Assembly (NCBI GenBank): GCA_003152165.1
Contig: PLZO01000125.1
Location: forward strand, 1,346 to 65,345
Direction: 5' to 3'
Source: Chloroflexota bacterium
GTDB taxonomy: Bacteria > Chloroflexota > Limnocylindria > Limnocylindrales > CSP1-4
DNA length: 64,000 bases
Shown: positions 38,066 to 48,583 of the stretch, piece by piece
How the letters are laid out: each line of letters starts with the position of its first letter
Position numbering within the stretch: the stretch's first letter is position 1
Translations under genes and position numbers: made by a program
The notes under the pieces: model-generated
What the model saw: the letters and a program-made list of their open reading frames with translations, nothing else
What the model was told of the DNA's origin: nothing
The model's database searches: none

Positions 38066-38283
38066 GTGGCGACGGTCTGGCTGTTCGCTACCTCTCTGGC
38101 GAGCCGATTGCGTTCTCGTCTGACGTCGAGACGACATGGTTCACGAACGATGGCCGACCGTGGGCCTGGCGAACCGAGAACGGTTGGCTCTGGTCGTACG
38201 AGACGAGTCTAGCGATGGGATGGTTCTCCGGTAGGACCTTCTTCAGCGTGAACGGTGAGGCTCTCTACTTCAAGAACGAATAG
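38066..38283 (+). pseudogene. small Trp/Gly beta-hairpin-repeat protein, frameshifted
   Basis: MATVWLFATS / GEPIAF..WFTNDGRPWAW..NGWLWS..MGWFSGRTFFSVNGEALY; frameshift at CTCTCT near 38095. Confidence 0.5.
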
Positions 38284-38370
38284 CGTGCCCGTTGGCAGCG
38301 GAACGGGCCGATCAAGAACCTGCATGAGTTGCGTTCCCACCTCTCGCGTCACTTATCGCCCCCTTACGAG

Positions 38371-39300
38371 TCAGATTCCAATCGCGGCGGCTACATCGGG
38401 CCAAATCCGGTCAGCCTCGCCCTCCAGCCGCCTGAGATAGACGGTGGTCACGGCCAGCGAGCTGTGATCGAGAAACGAGCTAACGGCCTCGATCGACGCC
38501 CCAGCGTCCCGGCGGAGCTTCGCCGCCGTGTGCCGAAGTACGTGCAGCCCGGTCGGTGCCAACCCAGCCAGCCCCAGATACCGGCGGAACCTTGCGTAAA
38601 AAGACCCGCTTGTGATACCGAGGATGCTGACCGCCGCCTGCCAGAGCGACTCTTGCGGGTCCATCGTGGCCAAATCCTTGCCAGAGTCGGCCAGCGTCGC
38701 CCGGATCACCTCGTAGGCAGGTCGTGGAAGTTCACGCCGGCCGGTCTTGCCACCCTTGCCGCGATAGGAGTAGAGGGCCATCTCGCCTTCGAAGGTCAGG
38801 TCGGCGGCTCGTAGACCGAGCACCTCGGCTCGTCGTCGCCCTGTAAGGATCAAGACCAAGAGGATCGCCCGGTCGCGTCGACCTCGAACCGAGTCCGGAA
38901 TCACGGCCAGCAGTCGCCGAACTTCGTCGGCCGAATAGCCCCGAGCCGGTGCTTGAACCGTTCGAGGCCGCTCGACGGCATCGCACGGGTTCGAAACGAC
39001 GAGACCCATCCGGATCAAGAAGCGGTAGAACGAGCTCAGGCAGGCGATCCTGGCGCCGATGGTGGCTCCTGAGGGTGGCCGGCCCGATAGGCCGATTCCA
39101 TGGCCATAGGCCAGCACCTCGGCTGGCTTGACCCGGTCTGGGGTCGTGCCGGCAAAGAATGGCCAGAGCATCCGGCCGTAGCTCTCAACGGTCCTCTTCG
39201 AGCCCGACCGGTTGCCCTTCTCGACCAAGAACCCATACAGGGCCTGATCCCAGACCGATGGATCGCCGGATTGCAGGGCAGGGAGCGCCTGGTGGGGCAT
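38371..39300 (-). CDS. tyrosine recombinase (XerC/D-like)
   Basis: TGRRRAE, GKGGK, HVLRH, LDHS, TTVY; CAGGAGG SD before ATG 39300. Confidence 0.92.
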   Translation of the reverse strand: MPHQALPALQSGDPSVWDQALYGFLVEKGNRSGSKRTVESYGRMLWPFFAGTTPDRVKPAEVLAYGHGIGLSGRPPSGATIGARIACLSSFYRFLIRMGLVVSNPCDAVERPRTVQAPARGYSADEVRRLLAVIPDSVRGRRDRAILLVLILTGRRRAEVLGLRAADLTFEGEMALYSYRGKGGKTGRRELPRPAYEVIRATLADSGKDLATMDPQESLWQAAVSILGITSGSFYARFRRYLGLAGLAPTGLHVLRHTAAKLRRDAGASIEAVSSFLDHSSLAVTTVYLRRLEGEADRIWPDVAAAIGI

Positions 39301-39595
39301 CGTGGACCTCCTGAATTGGTGGATCACATCCATCACTCAGGGGCCGGAAAATAGCAACACCATGACCGCATCGTGTGGTCGCTCAGGTGCGCCGGGCCGA
39401 ACGTTCAGAACTATTGATGCCCAACACGGGTCGCCCGATTGGGTGTCAGGCTCCCAGATTGCTACGGGCCTATCTATGCCTCGCTTGTAGGTCCGTGAGG
39501 CGGTCAGCTCGGATCTCAAGCCCTTGGGCAAGCCTCCGTGCCCATCGATGCCCCGGGTCATTTGATCGTGTTCCGGTGTGACAACTTCGATGACA

Positions 39596-40360
39596 TCAAA
39601 CCCCGATGGTTGGCCCGATGCCCGATCGACGACACCGATGGCTGAGTGCGCTGTACGCGGCGACATACCAGGCGCCCTGCTTCAAACCGTCCCAGAAGTA
39701 GGCGCTCAACCGGCGGTCGGCCAGCGCTTCGCCGCAGCGGGCACAGTGGTTGTGGTTCGCGCACCTGCAGTCGACCCGGATGACCCGCGGCCCGGGATAG
39801 CGGGTCCCGGGCTCGCCGATCTGCAGTAGATCGCCGGCGAGCTCGCCGCAGGTTCGGCACGCGGCGAGGCCCGGTCCGGAGCCGCCTGGATCTCCAGCCG
39901 CCAATCGGGCGAGGTCCTCAGGCGATGCGACCCGGCCACCCTCGAGATTGTCCCCGACGATGTAGCCGCTCCCACGATGGCGTTCGGCGAAGAGGCGCAG
40001 GTCGATCCGCCGTCCGGCCATTTCCGGCGTTTCCGGGACGTCCACCGGCAGGAGGATCCGCTCGATCACGGGCATCCCGCTCGGCACGATCCTTGACGCA
40101 GTCGGTGCCCCAGTCTCGTCACGATCGCGGTCGACGTCGACGTCGACGTAGAGGGCATCGGCCGGCCCCAGGACGAGACAAGTCGACATCTGGTTGGTGG
40201 ATGCCTGCCGCTCGAGGAGCTCGAGCAGACGGTCGCGCGACCAGTCGGCCGGGACGATCGCAAGATGACGGAGCGCGCACGCCCCGATCCGGGTGACCAG
40301 GTACGGGTAGCCGGTGAAGGCAGGCAGGCTGCCATAGCCAGCCCAGGCGTAGGTGAGCAT
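39596..40360 (-). CDS. hypothetical protein with C-terminal Cys motifs
   Basis: CRTC, CRC, CARC, H-C; GAGGA SD. Confidence 0.6.
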   Translation of the reverse strand: MLTYAWAGYGSLPAFTGYPYLVTRIGACALRHLAIVPADWSRDRLLELLERQASTNQMSTCLVLGPADALYVDVDVDRDRDETGAPTASRIVPSGMPVIERILLPVDVPETPEMAGRRIDLRLFAERHRGSGYIVGDNLEGGRVASPEDLARLAAGDPGGSGPGLAACRTCGELAGDLLQIGEPGTRYPGPRVIRVDCRCANHNHCARCGEALADRRLSAYFWDGLKQGAWYVAAYSALSHRCRRSGIGPTIGV

Positions 40361-40743
40361 TCCTCGACTCCTATCGCACCCGGCTGGGGCACCGTGGCGG
40401 CCTGAGGAATGCCGATCGGTTGCCGCGCCGTCCTCGAGCCGGGGCTCTCAGGCGCTCTTGATAGGTGGCATCACTGGGATGCCGAGGGGAGTGTAGGCCG
40501 CAGGCTGTGACAGCTCAGCAGTCACGGTGAGACGTTCGCGAGACGGACCGGCAGACGGGGGCGATGGTCGGTCCTCGTGGTGCGACGCCGAGGCGGCCAG
40601 GGTGGGGGCCGGATGCCTGACCTGCCCGCTGATGCAGGAGCTTGGGGGGTACGACGTGGCGGCACGTAGGCATTGCCTGCGCCCTCAGCGTGACTTACTG
40701 TCGCGGCTACTGCTTCCGATCCCCGAGCGCGAGGCTGCACAGA

Positions 40744-41046
40744 ATGCGACACCACTCGGATCCGAACTGGGAGCCCAGCCAACGCCGCTATGAACGTCGG
40801 GTTCGCTGGCACGGACTCGACATGGCAGCGATCTACGACACGTCGGTCCGTGGTGCGAAGGTAAGGTCGGAGTCCGACCGCCGTTGGGTAATCGAGTGCA
40901 ACGAGCACCACCAACGCACCTCCGCCAAGACCTACCACGATGCCTGCGCGAGCGCATTGGACCGCTCGTGGTGGTGTGACGGTGACGGTGACATGCACCC
41001 TGAAGACGCTTATTCATGGGAGGTGCGGGAGGCAGAAGGTCGCTAA
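40744..41046 (+). CDS. Cys/His/Trp-rich hypothetical protein
   Basis: Protein-like ORF with CNEHH, ACAS, WWCDG. Confidence 0.4.
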   Translation: MRHHSDPNWEPSQRRYERRVRWHGLDMAAIYDTSVRGAKVRSESDRRWVIECNEHHQRTSAKTYHDACASALDRSWWCDGDGDMHPEDAYSWEVREAEGR

Positions 41047-41440
41047 CGACGGTATCGTCGCCGCGCGAGTCTGGCCGACAGGTTTCGCGGCGGCGCCAGC
41101 CGCCGGGCCTAGCCAATTGGAACGTCAGGGCACGGCGGCGCATGCGCCTGATCGCTTGACTCCACTGGAACCGGACCCAATGACCTCTTGACCCGTGGCT
41201 GCCGCGCCTCAATCATCCGCGGGTGAGTGTTGTCATACGTCTTGTGCCCAGACCGTCGAACGACCGTCGATGTCACGGTCGATGGCATCGATCAAGCGTC
41301 GTGCGACCGTGTATGGGAGACCTCCGTCGAGGGCCTCGACGACGGACCTGAGCATCAGCGCTTCTGGGTCACCGTCGCTCGGGAGATCGCGCGAAGCGCG
41401 TAGACCTCGCGAGGGAAGCAGAAACCTTCGATCGGCTCCC

Positions 41441-41668
41441 TCAGTCCCGGTTCGCCCGAGGGCGCAGGCTCACCAGGAGCCGCGCCATGATCGTGCCATC
41501 GGCCCACTCGCGCCGGCATCGGCGACAGCGCCAATCAGGTGATGTCAACTCGACGGAGCAGCCCCCAAGCGCGATCTCGCCCCGTCGCGCCTTCTCATAC
41601 CCTTGGGCGACGGCAGCCCGTAGACGATCGGGAGCGGATCGCGGTCGCCGCACGTCGCACAGGTCGCG
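41441..41668 (-). pseudogene. frameshifted, 5'-truncated Zn-ribbon protein
   Basis: CATCGDRDPLPIVYGLP / EKARRGEIALGGC..PDWRCRRCRREW in two frames. Confidence 0.6.
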
Positions 41669-42073
41669 CCTATGCCGCGGCGATGCCTGACGTGTTGAAG
41701 TTACGGATCGCTGCCGGTCCCGGCGCATCTCCGGACGGCGGGTCATCCGGCCATGAAGCAATACGGCGACGGTGTCGGCTACCGCAACCCGCACGAGTTC
41801 GAGGGCGACGACATCTCGCAGCAGTACCTTCCCGATGCCCTCGTGGAGCAGCGGTACTACGTGCCGCGCGACCAGGGCGACGAAGCGACGGTCAGCGCAC
41901 GGATGGCTGTATTAGATAGTGCTCGGCAAGCTGTTCGGGAAGCTGGTCGCCAGCGTCGGAAGCAGGATCGACCTGGGGTCGACCCGATGGCGTCGATGAG
42001 CGACGGGCTGAACGCCCATAACGAGAGTCGGAAGCGACTGGCCGAGACGCAGAAGCGCGACGCTGGAACTTGA
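41662..42073 (+). pseudogene. rarA: 3' fragment of RarA/MgsA recombination ATPase
   Basis: GRAYAAAMPDV / YGSLPVPAHLR..MKQYGDGVGYRNPH..QQYLPDAL..YYVP..G.E; AAA+ domain missing; +1 frameshift near 41701. Confidence 0.8.
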
Positions 42074-42299
42074 GGGGGAGGGATCGTGGAGCCGGCGGCA
42101 AGAAGCGCGCCGAGTACCACAGCGTTGTCACCTGGTACACACGTATGGTTCGTCGTATTGATGGAACCCGGGAGACAGGACCCTTGACGGGGGTTATGCC
42201 TCGATGTGCCCGCGCTCGGTCGCGTCGAACGATTTTCCGCAGGCGCGGCCACAAGATGTAAGAGCGTGCACGTCCCGCCTTGCGGCCCAAGGGACCGGG

Positions 42300-43466
42300 T
42301 CAGCGATTGCCCTTCGCGCGGTTGTGCGTCACGCAGAGCATCTCGCAGTTCTCTTTCGACGTAGACCCACCGTTGCTCCACGCGGCGACATGGTCGGCGT
42401 CCATCTCGGCGAGCCCCCAGATCTTGACCTTGTTCGAGGCGTTGCCAACGGCACAGAGCGGGCAGTTCGAGACGCTCGTCGCTTGAGCTTTCGCCGTCTG
42501 CTCCTCGTAGACGACACGCTTGGTAACCTCGTCGAAGAGGCGCACTTGGAGGAGCTTGGTGTCTGTCTCGCCGCCGAGGATGAACTCGAAGATCCCCTTA
42601 CGATCTTTCACGAACGGGTCGGCATAGAGCGCACGGACTCGTTCGGCCACCTTGTCCGCGTCATAGGGGTGTCGGTGGTAGGTCTCGTAGAGGCGGCCCC
42701 ACTCCAGTCCGCGCATCTCCTTCTCGACGCTCGTGAAGACGGTCGCAACCCAGTCGATGACGGCGTTGAAGTAGGCCTTGACCTCGCTGATGTCGCGGTC
42801 GTTGCGATGGCGGCTCATGTAATCAGCAACGTTGACCTTGCTCACCCACTCGAGAGCCCGCTCCCAGAAGTCTTGGCGGTTCGCCACGCCCCGGACGTAG
42901 GCGCTCCACTTCTGGACATTCGCGTTCTGGCTGTTGCTGAACTCGTGCCTGCCGGCGGTGACGAAGGGTCCCGAGTAAACGGCGTTTAGCAGCTCTTGAT
43001 CGTTTAGCGGCACTCCGGCGGTGTTGATCGTGCGGAACCACTCCTTGATCTCACTCTCGGTGCCACTGCACTCGTAGACGAGGATCTCGGAGTCGAGAAT
43101 CTTCTGCTGCTTATCGGCGGCTAGACCGCCAAAGTACTGTTCCATCCCGAGCTCGTCCTTGACGGCGAACTTGCCCGTGACGTAGCGCCCGAAGCTCGTA
43201 ATGCGCTGCTGCCCATCTAGTACCTCGTGCCTGTCGTCGCCGACGTGGTTGAAATAGATCAAGCCGAGCGGATATCCAGCCAGAAGCGACTTGACGACGG
43301 CAATCTCCAAGCGGCCGCCCTTCTCCGCGTAGATGTAGTTGCGCTGGTACTCGGGTTGGATGGTCAGCCTGCCCGCGAGCCCGAACAGGCCGCGCCCCTC
43401 CAGCGCGTTATAGACGAACCCATCACAGATCTGGCGAACGGTGTATTGCTTAAGCTCTGTCTTCAT
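42300..43466 (-). CDS. DUF262 (GmrS-like) + HNH endonuclease
   Basis: [54 protein letters not shown]. Confidence 0.9.
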   Translation of the reverse strand: MKTELKQYTVRQICDGFVYNALEGRGLFGLAGRLTIQPEYQRNYIYAEKGGRLEIAVVKSLLAGYPLGLIYFNHVGDDRHEVLDGQQRITSFGRYVTGKFAVKDELGMEQYFGGLAADKQQKILDSEILVYECSGTESEIKEWFRTINTAGVPLNDQELLNAVYSGPFVTAGRHEFSNSQNANVQKWSAYVRGVANRQDFWERALEWVSKVNVADYMSRHRNDRDISEVKAYFNAVIDWVATVFTSVEKEMRGLEWGRLYETYHRHPYDADKVAERVRALYADPFVKDRKGIFEFILGGETDTKLLQVRLFDEVTKRVVYEEQTAKAQATSVSNCPLCAVGNASNKVKIWGLAEMDADHVAAWSNGGSTSKENCEMLCVTHNRAKGNR

Positions 43467-44668
43467 CCGACGGGCCTCCGATGCCCGATAAAGACTCTCT
43501 GGTAGGCCGACTGTATGACTCGCCCATCCTTGTTGATGAAGTAGTTCTTCTTCCCGTCATTTCCGGCCAGGTTGGCGTTCTCGTTCGTCTTTCCACCAGA
43601 GGAGCCAGTCTTGCTGCCGTCTTGACGCACTTCCCAGTAGTCGTCGTATTTGACAGTATCGGGAACGGCATCATGACATCCGCGCTGCGTAGCTCCCAAG
43701 ACCTCGAACTGCTCGGGTGAGTACTTATCGAGGAAACTGATTGGGACGCCCATCACGCCTTCGTAGTCGCTCGGGATCGCGTCGGTGAATGGGACCTCGA
43801 TGGCGTCGTAGTTGTCGTATTTCATGTAGCCCGCTTTGCCCCTGATCTCCTTGTGCCTGCTGAACCGCAGGTTGTCGCTCATGGTCATAAGTGGGAGGGG
43901 TTGGTGGCGACGTCCGTGGTCGAGGTTCGTGAACCAGCAGGAGTTGCCAAGCCTCGTGTAATCGCCAACGTACCCGAGGCGAGCGGCCTTTTCTTTATCC
44001 GCAGCGGCGACCACCGCGCCCGGTGGAACGCCGAAGACCATGTCACTGCCGTTCCCGGTCGCACCGAGCCACATACGATCGCTCTTGATCAGCGGGAACA
44101 CCTCTTTATAGGTGATGGCGTTCATGTTGCCGATGATCACGAATTTCTTGTGAGCTTTGACCGTCCACGCCAGGAAATCGCGGAACATAGAGAACGGCGG
44201 GTTGGTGATGATGACGTCCGCCTCGTCACGGAGCCTTGTCACCTCTTCACTTAGGAAGTCGCCGTCGCCCGCGAGGTACTCCCACTCGAGGTCATTGACA
44301 TTCATCCGGCCGTCACCGGACACGTCTCGGCTGAGGGTGAAGGTCTTCCCGTTGACCGTAGTCTTTTCAGGATCGAACAGCGGGCTACTTGATTCCCAGA
44401 GCGTCGGCTGCCTGTGGTACATCGCTGCGCTGGGCGCGTAGCTCGTGCTGATGAGCTTCGCGAGTCCGAGGCGCTCGAAATTCTGTGCGAAGTACTTCGT
44501 GAAGTTGCTCCACTCGGGGTCGTCGCATGGTAGGAGCACCGCCTTACCGCGGAACACGTCCGGGTCGAACTCGAGATAGGCGTTCATTTCCTTCTCGATG
44601 TCCGCGTATTGCGTGTAGAACTCGTCGTTCTTCGCGTTCTTGGCGTTCCAGAGGTTGTTGTTCGGCAT
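43463..44668 (-). CDS. EcoRI-family adenine-specific DNA methyltransferase
   Basis: [58 protein letters not shown] overlap with the nuclease. Confidence 0.92.
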   Translation of the reverse strand: MPNNNLWNAKNAKNDEFYTQYADIEKEMNAYLEFDPDVFRGKAVLLPCDDPEWSNFTKYFAQNFERLGLAKLISTSYAPSAAMYHRQPTLWESSSPLFDPEKTTVNGKTFTLSRDVSGDGRMNVNDLEWEYLAGDGDFLSEEVTRLRDEADVIITNPPFSMFRDFLAWTVKAHKKFVIIGNMNAITYKEVFPLIKSDRMWLGATGNGSDMVFGVPPGAVVAAADKEKAARLGYVGDYTRLGNSCWFTNLDHGRRHQPLPLMTMSDNLRFSRHKEIRGKAGYMKYDNYDAIEVPFTDAIPSDYEGVMGVPISFLDKYSPEQFEVLGATQRGCHDAVPDTVKYDDYWEVRQDGSKTGSSGGKTNENANLAGNDGKKNYFINKDGRVIQSAYQRVFIGHRRPVG

Positions 44669-44689
44669 CAGTCGGCCCTCGCTTCGTAG

Positions 44690-44816
44690 TGACTTGGTGC
44701 AGGGCGAAGAGGCGTAGTCGCACGCGACCAACGCTCGCAGGGGCGCGTCGGCCCAGGCGCTCTGAGAGGACCTTCACGATGTCGCCGTAGTAGAGGGTAT
44801 TGAGATCGTTCGCCAT
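44690..44816 (-). pseudogene. N-terminal remnant of a second DNA methyltransferase
   Basis: MANDLNTLYYGD resembles the NxLYYGDNL start of N6/N4 MTases; sequence then degenerates. Confidence 0.45.
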
Positions 44817-44870
44817 ACACAGAGCATACGAGGCCGCGTCGCCCCTGACTGGACTGGTCGGAAGGGAGGC

Positions 44871-45539
44871 TCAGGGCGGCCCAGTCTTGGCCGCGAGCGC
44901 AGCCTTCCTCGCGGCCGTCCGAGCCGGCTCGGTGAAATAGAAGCCGAACAAGGTGGCGAGTGTGTCGAGGGTCCACTCGGCCTCTCCGGGCTCCACCTCA
45001 AGGTAGTCGCCGGTCGCGGTCGACTTGTTCGGGTGCGCGGCCATGTTCCCGATGACGCGCAGTTCGTGGAGCGACTCAGTGCAGTAGCCCGGTAACCCGG
45101 CGTTGGTCAGTGCCCACTCGATCTCCTTGAAGAGGTCCGACTTCGGGGCCTTCGCCTGCTCGCCGAGCAGGTGCTGGAGGCAGCGGCGGGACAGGGCGGC
45201 GCTCGCGCGCGGCGAGTCCTGGAGGATCAGCGCGGCCTCCGAGTAGAGCCCGCGGTACGGCTCGGGGACCTCGGGCGGGAGCGGGGGCCGCGACGAGACG
45301 CGGGGCAGGAGCACGAATTCGTTCAGCATGAGCTGGGTGGCGGTGCCAGGCTCCGGGCCGTCTTCGTACCCGAGGTCGGAGTGGGTCAGGATGACGCCCG
45401 CGCACTTCGGACAGGCGACTGCCTCGACCTGATGGTTCTCGCCGCCCTGGTCGCTGTAGTACATCCGGTTCCCGCTGCCGTGAATGCCTCGTGTCGTCGG
45501 GACCGGGTGCATCTCGATGGAGCAGAACGGGCAAATCAT
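44871..45539 (-). CDS. DUF4145 (HEPN-like) protein with N-terminal Zn ribbon
   Basis: CPFC..CPKC, YSEAALIL..SPRASAALSRRCLQ, LRVIGNMAAH. Confidence 0.85.
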   Translation of the reverse strand: MICPFCSIEMHPVPTTRGIHGSGNRMYYSDQGGENHQVEAVACPKCAGVILTHSDLGYEDGPEPGTATQLMLNEFVLLPRVSSRPPLPPEVPEPYRGLYSEAALILQDSPRASAALSRRCLQHLLGEQAKAPKSDLFKEIEWALTNAGLPGYCTESLHELRVIGNMAAHPNKSTATGDYLEVEPGEAEWTLDTLATLFGFYFTEPARTAARKAALAAKTGPP

Positions 45540-45979
45540 GGCGTCAGTCTAGGCGGGCCGCGACGCCCCGGAGTGCGCTGATCGGACGCCGAGGAGATCC
45601 CGTCACATGAACCGAGGCCCGACGGAGTTTGGTCCATCGAGCCTCGTGGATGGTGGCGTTACACCTTCGTGTTGGGTTCAACCGTGACGAGTGCGGCGAT
45701 GTGTGCCTGAGCGGGGACGTGGGTGGACGGGCGCGGGTGATGGGTGCGGGTGATGGGTGCGGGCTTCCCGGCGGCGGGCTTGGGGGCCTTCGTCGCGGCG
45801 GGTGAGGTGCCCGCGGAATTCGGGGCCCAGAGTCTCCACGATTCTCAGTACGGTTCAGTGCCGATTTGGCCTGCTGTCGATATCTCCTCGTGGCGCTCGC
45901 CGCTGCCAGCCGGGTCCGGGCCAGCCAGGCGCTTCGAATGACGTGAAACCAGCCTTCGGCTGCCAAGCTTCGAGCCAGG

Positions 45980-46567
45980 TCATCGTCGTGCGTCAATCCT
46001 GAAGGTAGCGGTTAGGGTGGGGCCGTCGCGCTCGGCTGAACCGACGTAGCCGTGCCCCTCGAAGACGGTCGCATCGTCTTCGTAGTCCTCATCCCCGTCC
46101 GGACCGCGCTTGTAGGTGCGGACCACCTCGGACGCGGTCCATCCACGCGTTGCTCGCGACAACTTGGCTTCGAGGCGGGCGAAATAGGCCCGCCCTTCGT
46201 CGGCTTCCTCGGACCCGTCGTCGGCAACATCGCGTCCACAGAAGCGACAGATCAGCGCCTCCCGCTTGATCAACTCTGCGCAATAGGGGCACTTGACGGT
46301 GTCCGACTCGAATACGACTGCCGTACCGGTCATGTAGAGGACGTGGTATCCCTTGCCGAGCCCGACGGGGCCATGACCATAGGTCGTGTGGATAACGCCG
46401 TTTGCCCCCATCTTGAGCGCTGTCTCGCGCAGCTTCGAGTTGCCTGTCTCGATTGACGGCGTTGCCGCCCAGATGGCGCGGCCACTGACCCACGCTTTGA
46501 TCGGGCCCAGGACCCGATAGGGCCTATCAGGTTCGCCGGCGTGGACTTCGATGTCTTCTACCCGCAC
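45980..46567 (-). CDS. YbjQ/heavy-metal-binding-like domain + Zn ribbon protein
   Basis: PYRVLGPI, LRETALKMGANGVI, GTAV; CPYCAE..CRFCG. Confidence 0.7.
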   Translation of the reverse strand: MRVEDIEVHAGEPDRPYRVLGPIKAWVSGRAIWAATPSIETGNSKLRETALKMGANGVIHTTYGHGPVGLGKGYHVLYMTGTAVVFESDTVKCPYCAELIKREALICRFCGRDVADDGSEEADEGRAYFARLEAKLSRATRGWTASEVVRTYKRGPDGDEDYEDDATVFEGHGYVGSAERDGPTLTATFRIDARR

Positions 46568-46664
46568 CGTGACCTCCGCTTCGGGTACTCACTGTTCGGA
46601 TTGTGCGCCGGCGACGTGGTGGGACGCCGTGGGCAAAGTGGCCGGGCCGACGGGTCAAAGTTGT

Positions 46665-47074
46665 CTAGCGGAGCACAGCTCCGAGGTCGTGGAGGTACTG
46701 GCACCTAAGCCCGAGCCCGAACTGTGTGTCAGTGAAGAACCACACGGCGATGCCAAGGAAGATGACGACCAATATGGCAGTCGCCAGTGGACTCGAACCC
46801 GAGCTTCGCGTCCCGTCGGTCGGTCTGAGTTCAGGCTGACGGCGTACAGAAGGCTCTGGGAATGGAGCACCGCAATGGGCGCAGAACGCAGATGCCGAGT
46901 CGCGAGGCTGCCCACATGCCGCGCAGAACTTGACCCAATCTGCGACAGGCGGTGGGCCCCGAACCTCGACTGGGCGAATGTCCTCTCCGCAATGATTGCT
47001 GCGCACAGCCACTTTCGATCCGCCGCCACGACCTTGCCGCAGTGAGGACACGTTCGGCTCACGTTAGGTGCCAT
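46665..47074 (-). pseudogene. double Zn-ribbon membrane protein, frameshifted
   Basis: MAPNVSRTCPHCG..WLC / NHCGE..FCAACG..FCAHCG plus TM helix split across two frames. Confidence 0.55.
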
Positions 47075-47276
47075 CCAGGCCTGCCTCCCGACGCAGACGC
47101 TAGCACGGCTGATCCATAAGCAACACGGCTGTCAACAGGGCTGTTGGGTTGACCGTCAAGAACGCTCACGCTCGCGCTCGCGCTCCGTAGGAGCTCAGTC
47201 TTGGAGTTCCGCACACGGGCCTCGCGATACCCCGCCGGGAGGTCGCGCCCTGAGCGCAGCTCGGTCTGGTCCGGCG

Positions 47277-48101
47277 CTACTTGAAGAACGGTCGGAGGCG
47301 CTCGAATACGCTGAGTCGGATCAGGCCGTAGTTCGCTTGCAGTACGCCCGGGAGGGTCCGCGCCAGCGTGGTCGTTCCCTCTTCATCCAAGGTTACTTGG
47401 AAGGTGAATACGGCCTGGAAATCTGTCTTCTGGCCTGCCGCGAGCGTTATGCCGCCCACGACCATGCCCTCTTCGATGGGAGTGCCGGTAACAATCCAGG
47501 TATCGGTCGGGCGCTCGTCGAAATAGAAGGCCGTGCCAAGGGGCAACATCCCGACCACGACCGGCGATCGATGCTTGTCCCGATTCCAACGTCGGTCCAA
47601 AAGGTTTAGCCAGTGGGCGCCGCGCGTCGCCTTCGGACTGTGGTAAGGCTGTGCCGCGTCGATGATGTCGAGGGCGCCCTGCGGTATGCCCGCAAAACGA
47701 TCCAGGGCGATTTTCCTGAAGCTAGCCTCGGTTTGGCACACGGGGAAAGCCAGCCGCCAATACGGCGTGCGATAATCGCTCACGAGCGCCCACGCGATGT
47801 TGTCGAGCGTGGCGCGAAGTTCGTGGATACACTCCCCGACGATGAAACCGAGGTCCGCTGGGATTGGGCGGCGCACATGAGCGCGGTACAGGTATGTATG
47901 TCCGTCGCCCTGCGGCTCGGGAACCACGTCGTACAAGCCGCCGTCCGCCTTCAGCCCTTGGACTTCCGTCTCTACTTGCTCGATACGACGACGCGCCCAC
48001 TCGAGCCGGGCTTCGATGCGCTCGCTTGGCCTTTCATGAGTGCGCCCTCCATGCATGACCGCGGACCCGTGGCCGGTGGACGGTCGTGCTTCATCGCCCA
48101 T
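47277..48101 (-). CDS. HEPN-like hypothetical protein
   Basis: GECIHELRATLDNIAW, FPV, QPY, WNRDKHR motif. Confidence 0.55.
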   Translation of the reverse strand: MGDEARPSTGHGSAVMHGGRTHERPSERIEARLEWARRRIEQVETEVQGLKADGGLYDVVPEPQGDGHTYLYRAHVRRPIPADLGFIVGECIHELRATLDNIAWALVSDYRTPYWRLAFPVCQTEASFRKIALDRFAGIPQGALDIIDAAQPYHSPKATRGAHWLNLLDRRWNRDKHRSPVVVGMLPLGTAFYFDERPTDTWIVTGTPIEEGMVVGGITLAAGQKTDFQAVFTFQVTLDEEGTTTLARTLPGVLQANYGLIRLSVFERLRPFFK

Positions 48102-48244
48102 GATCAGAGCGCAAAGCTGTTCTCAATTGCCTCGTTGCGGCGTGAATTGCGCATTTCGCTGAAATCAATCCAACTCAAGAACGCGCGACGCGGTCGATCT
48201 GTGCGGTCTGCGGGGGGTCGGAGTCGAATCTCGCCTACCACCTG

Positions 48245-48583
48245 TCATCCAATCGCCACAGGGCGGCGCTGGTGAAGCCGGACGTTAGCCCCAGCTAATT
48301 CTTTAGTGTACGGCCGGATCTCGGCCGCCGGAAGAGGCTGGTCGGGCCATCGACCAGGCTCGACCAGATACGTCAGGTCGACGGGTTCCATCCCCAAGGC
48401 CCGACGCTTCTGAACCAGGATTCTGTGGGTGGCATCCCGGAGCGCGTCGTCGGTAGCTTCCGGCCCCTCAATCGAGATCCATTCTTCCGGCCCGGCGTTC
48501 TGTCGCTTGGCCAGCAGGCTTGATCCGGCAAGGGCGAGCAGAGTCCGAGCATCGGCTGGAGCCAGGCGTCGAAGGTCTGTCAC
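48245..48583 (-). CDS. hypothetical protein
   Basis: GTGA-coupled downstream of the TerS-like gene. Confidence 0.5.
   Translation of the reverse strand: MTDLRRLAPADARTLLALAGSSLLAKRQNAGPEEWISIEGPEATDDALRDATHRILVQKRRALGMEPVDLTYLVEPGRWPDQPLPAAEIRPYTKELAGANVRLHQRRPVAIG

Noticed and set aside
39400..39426. Possible dif-like site upstream of the tyrosine recombinase
   Set aside because: Symmetry is too weak and I found no matching second site.
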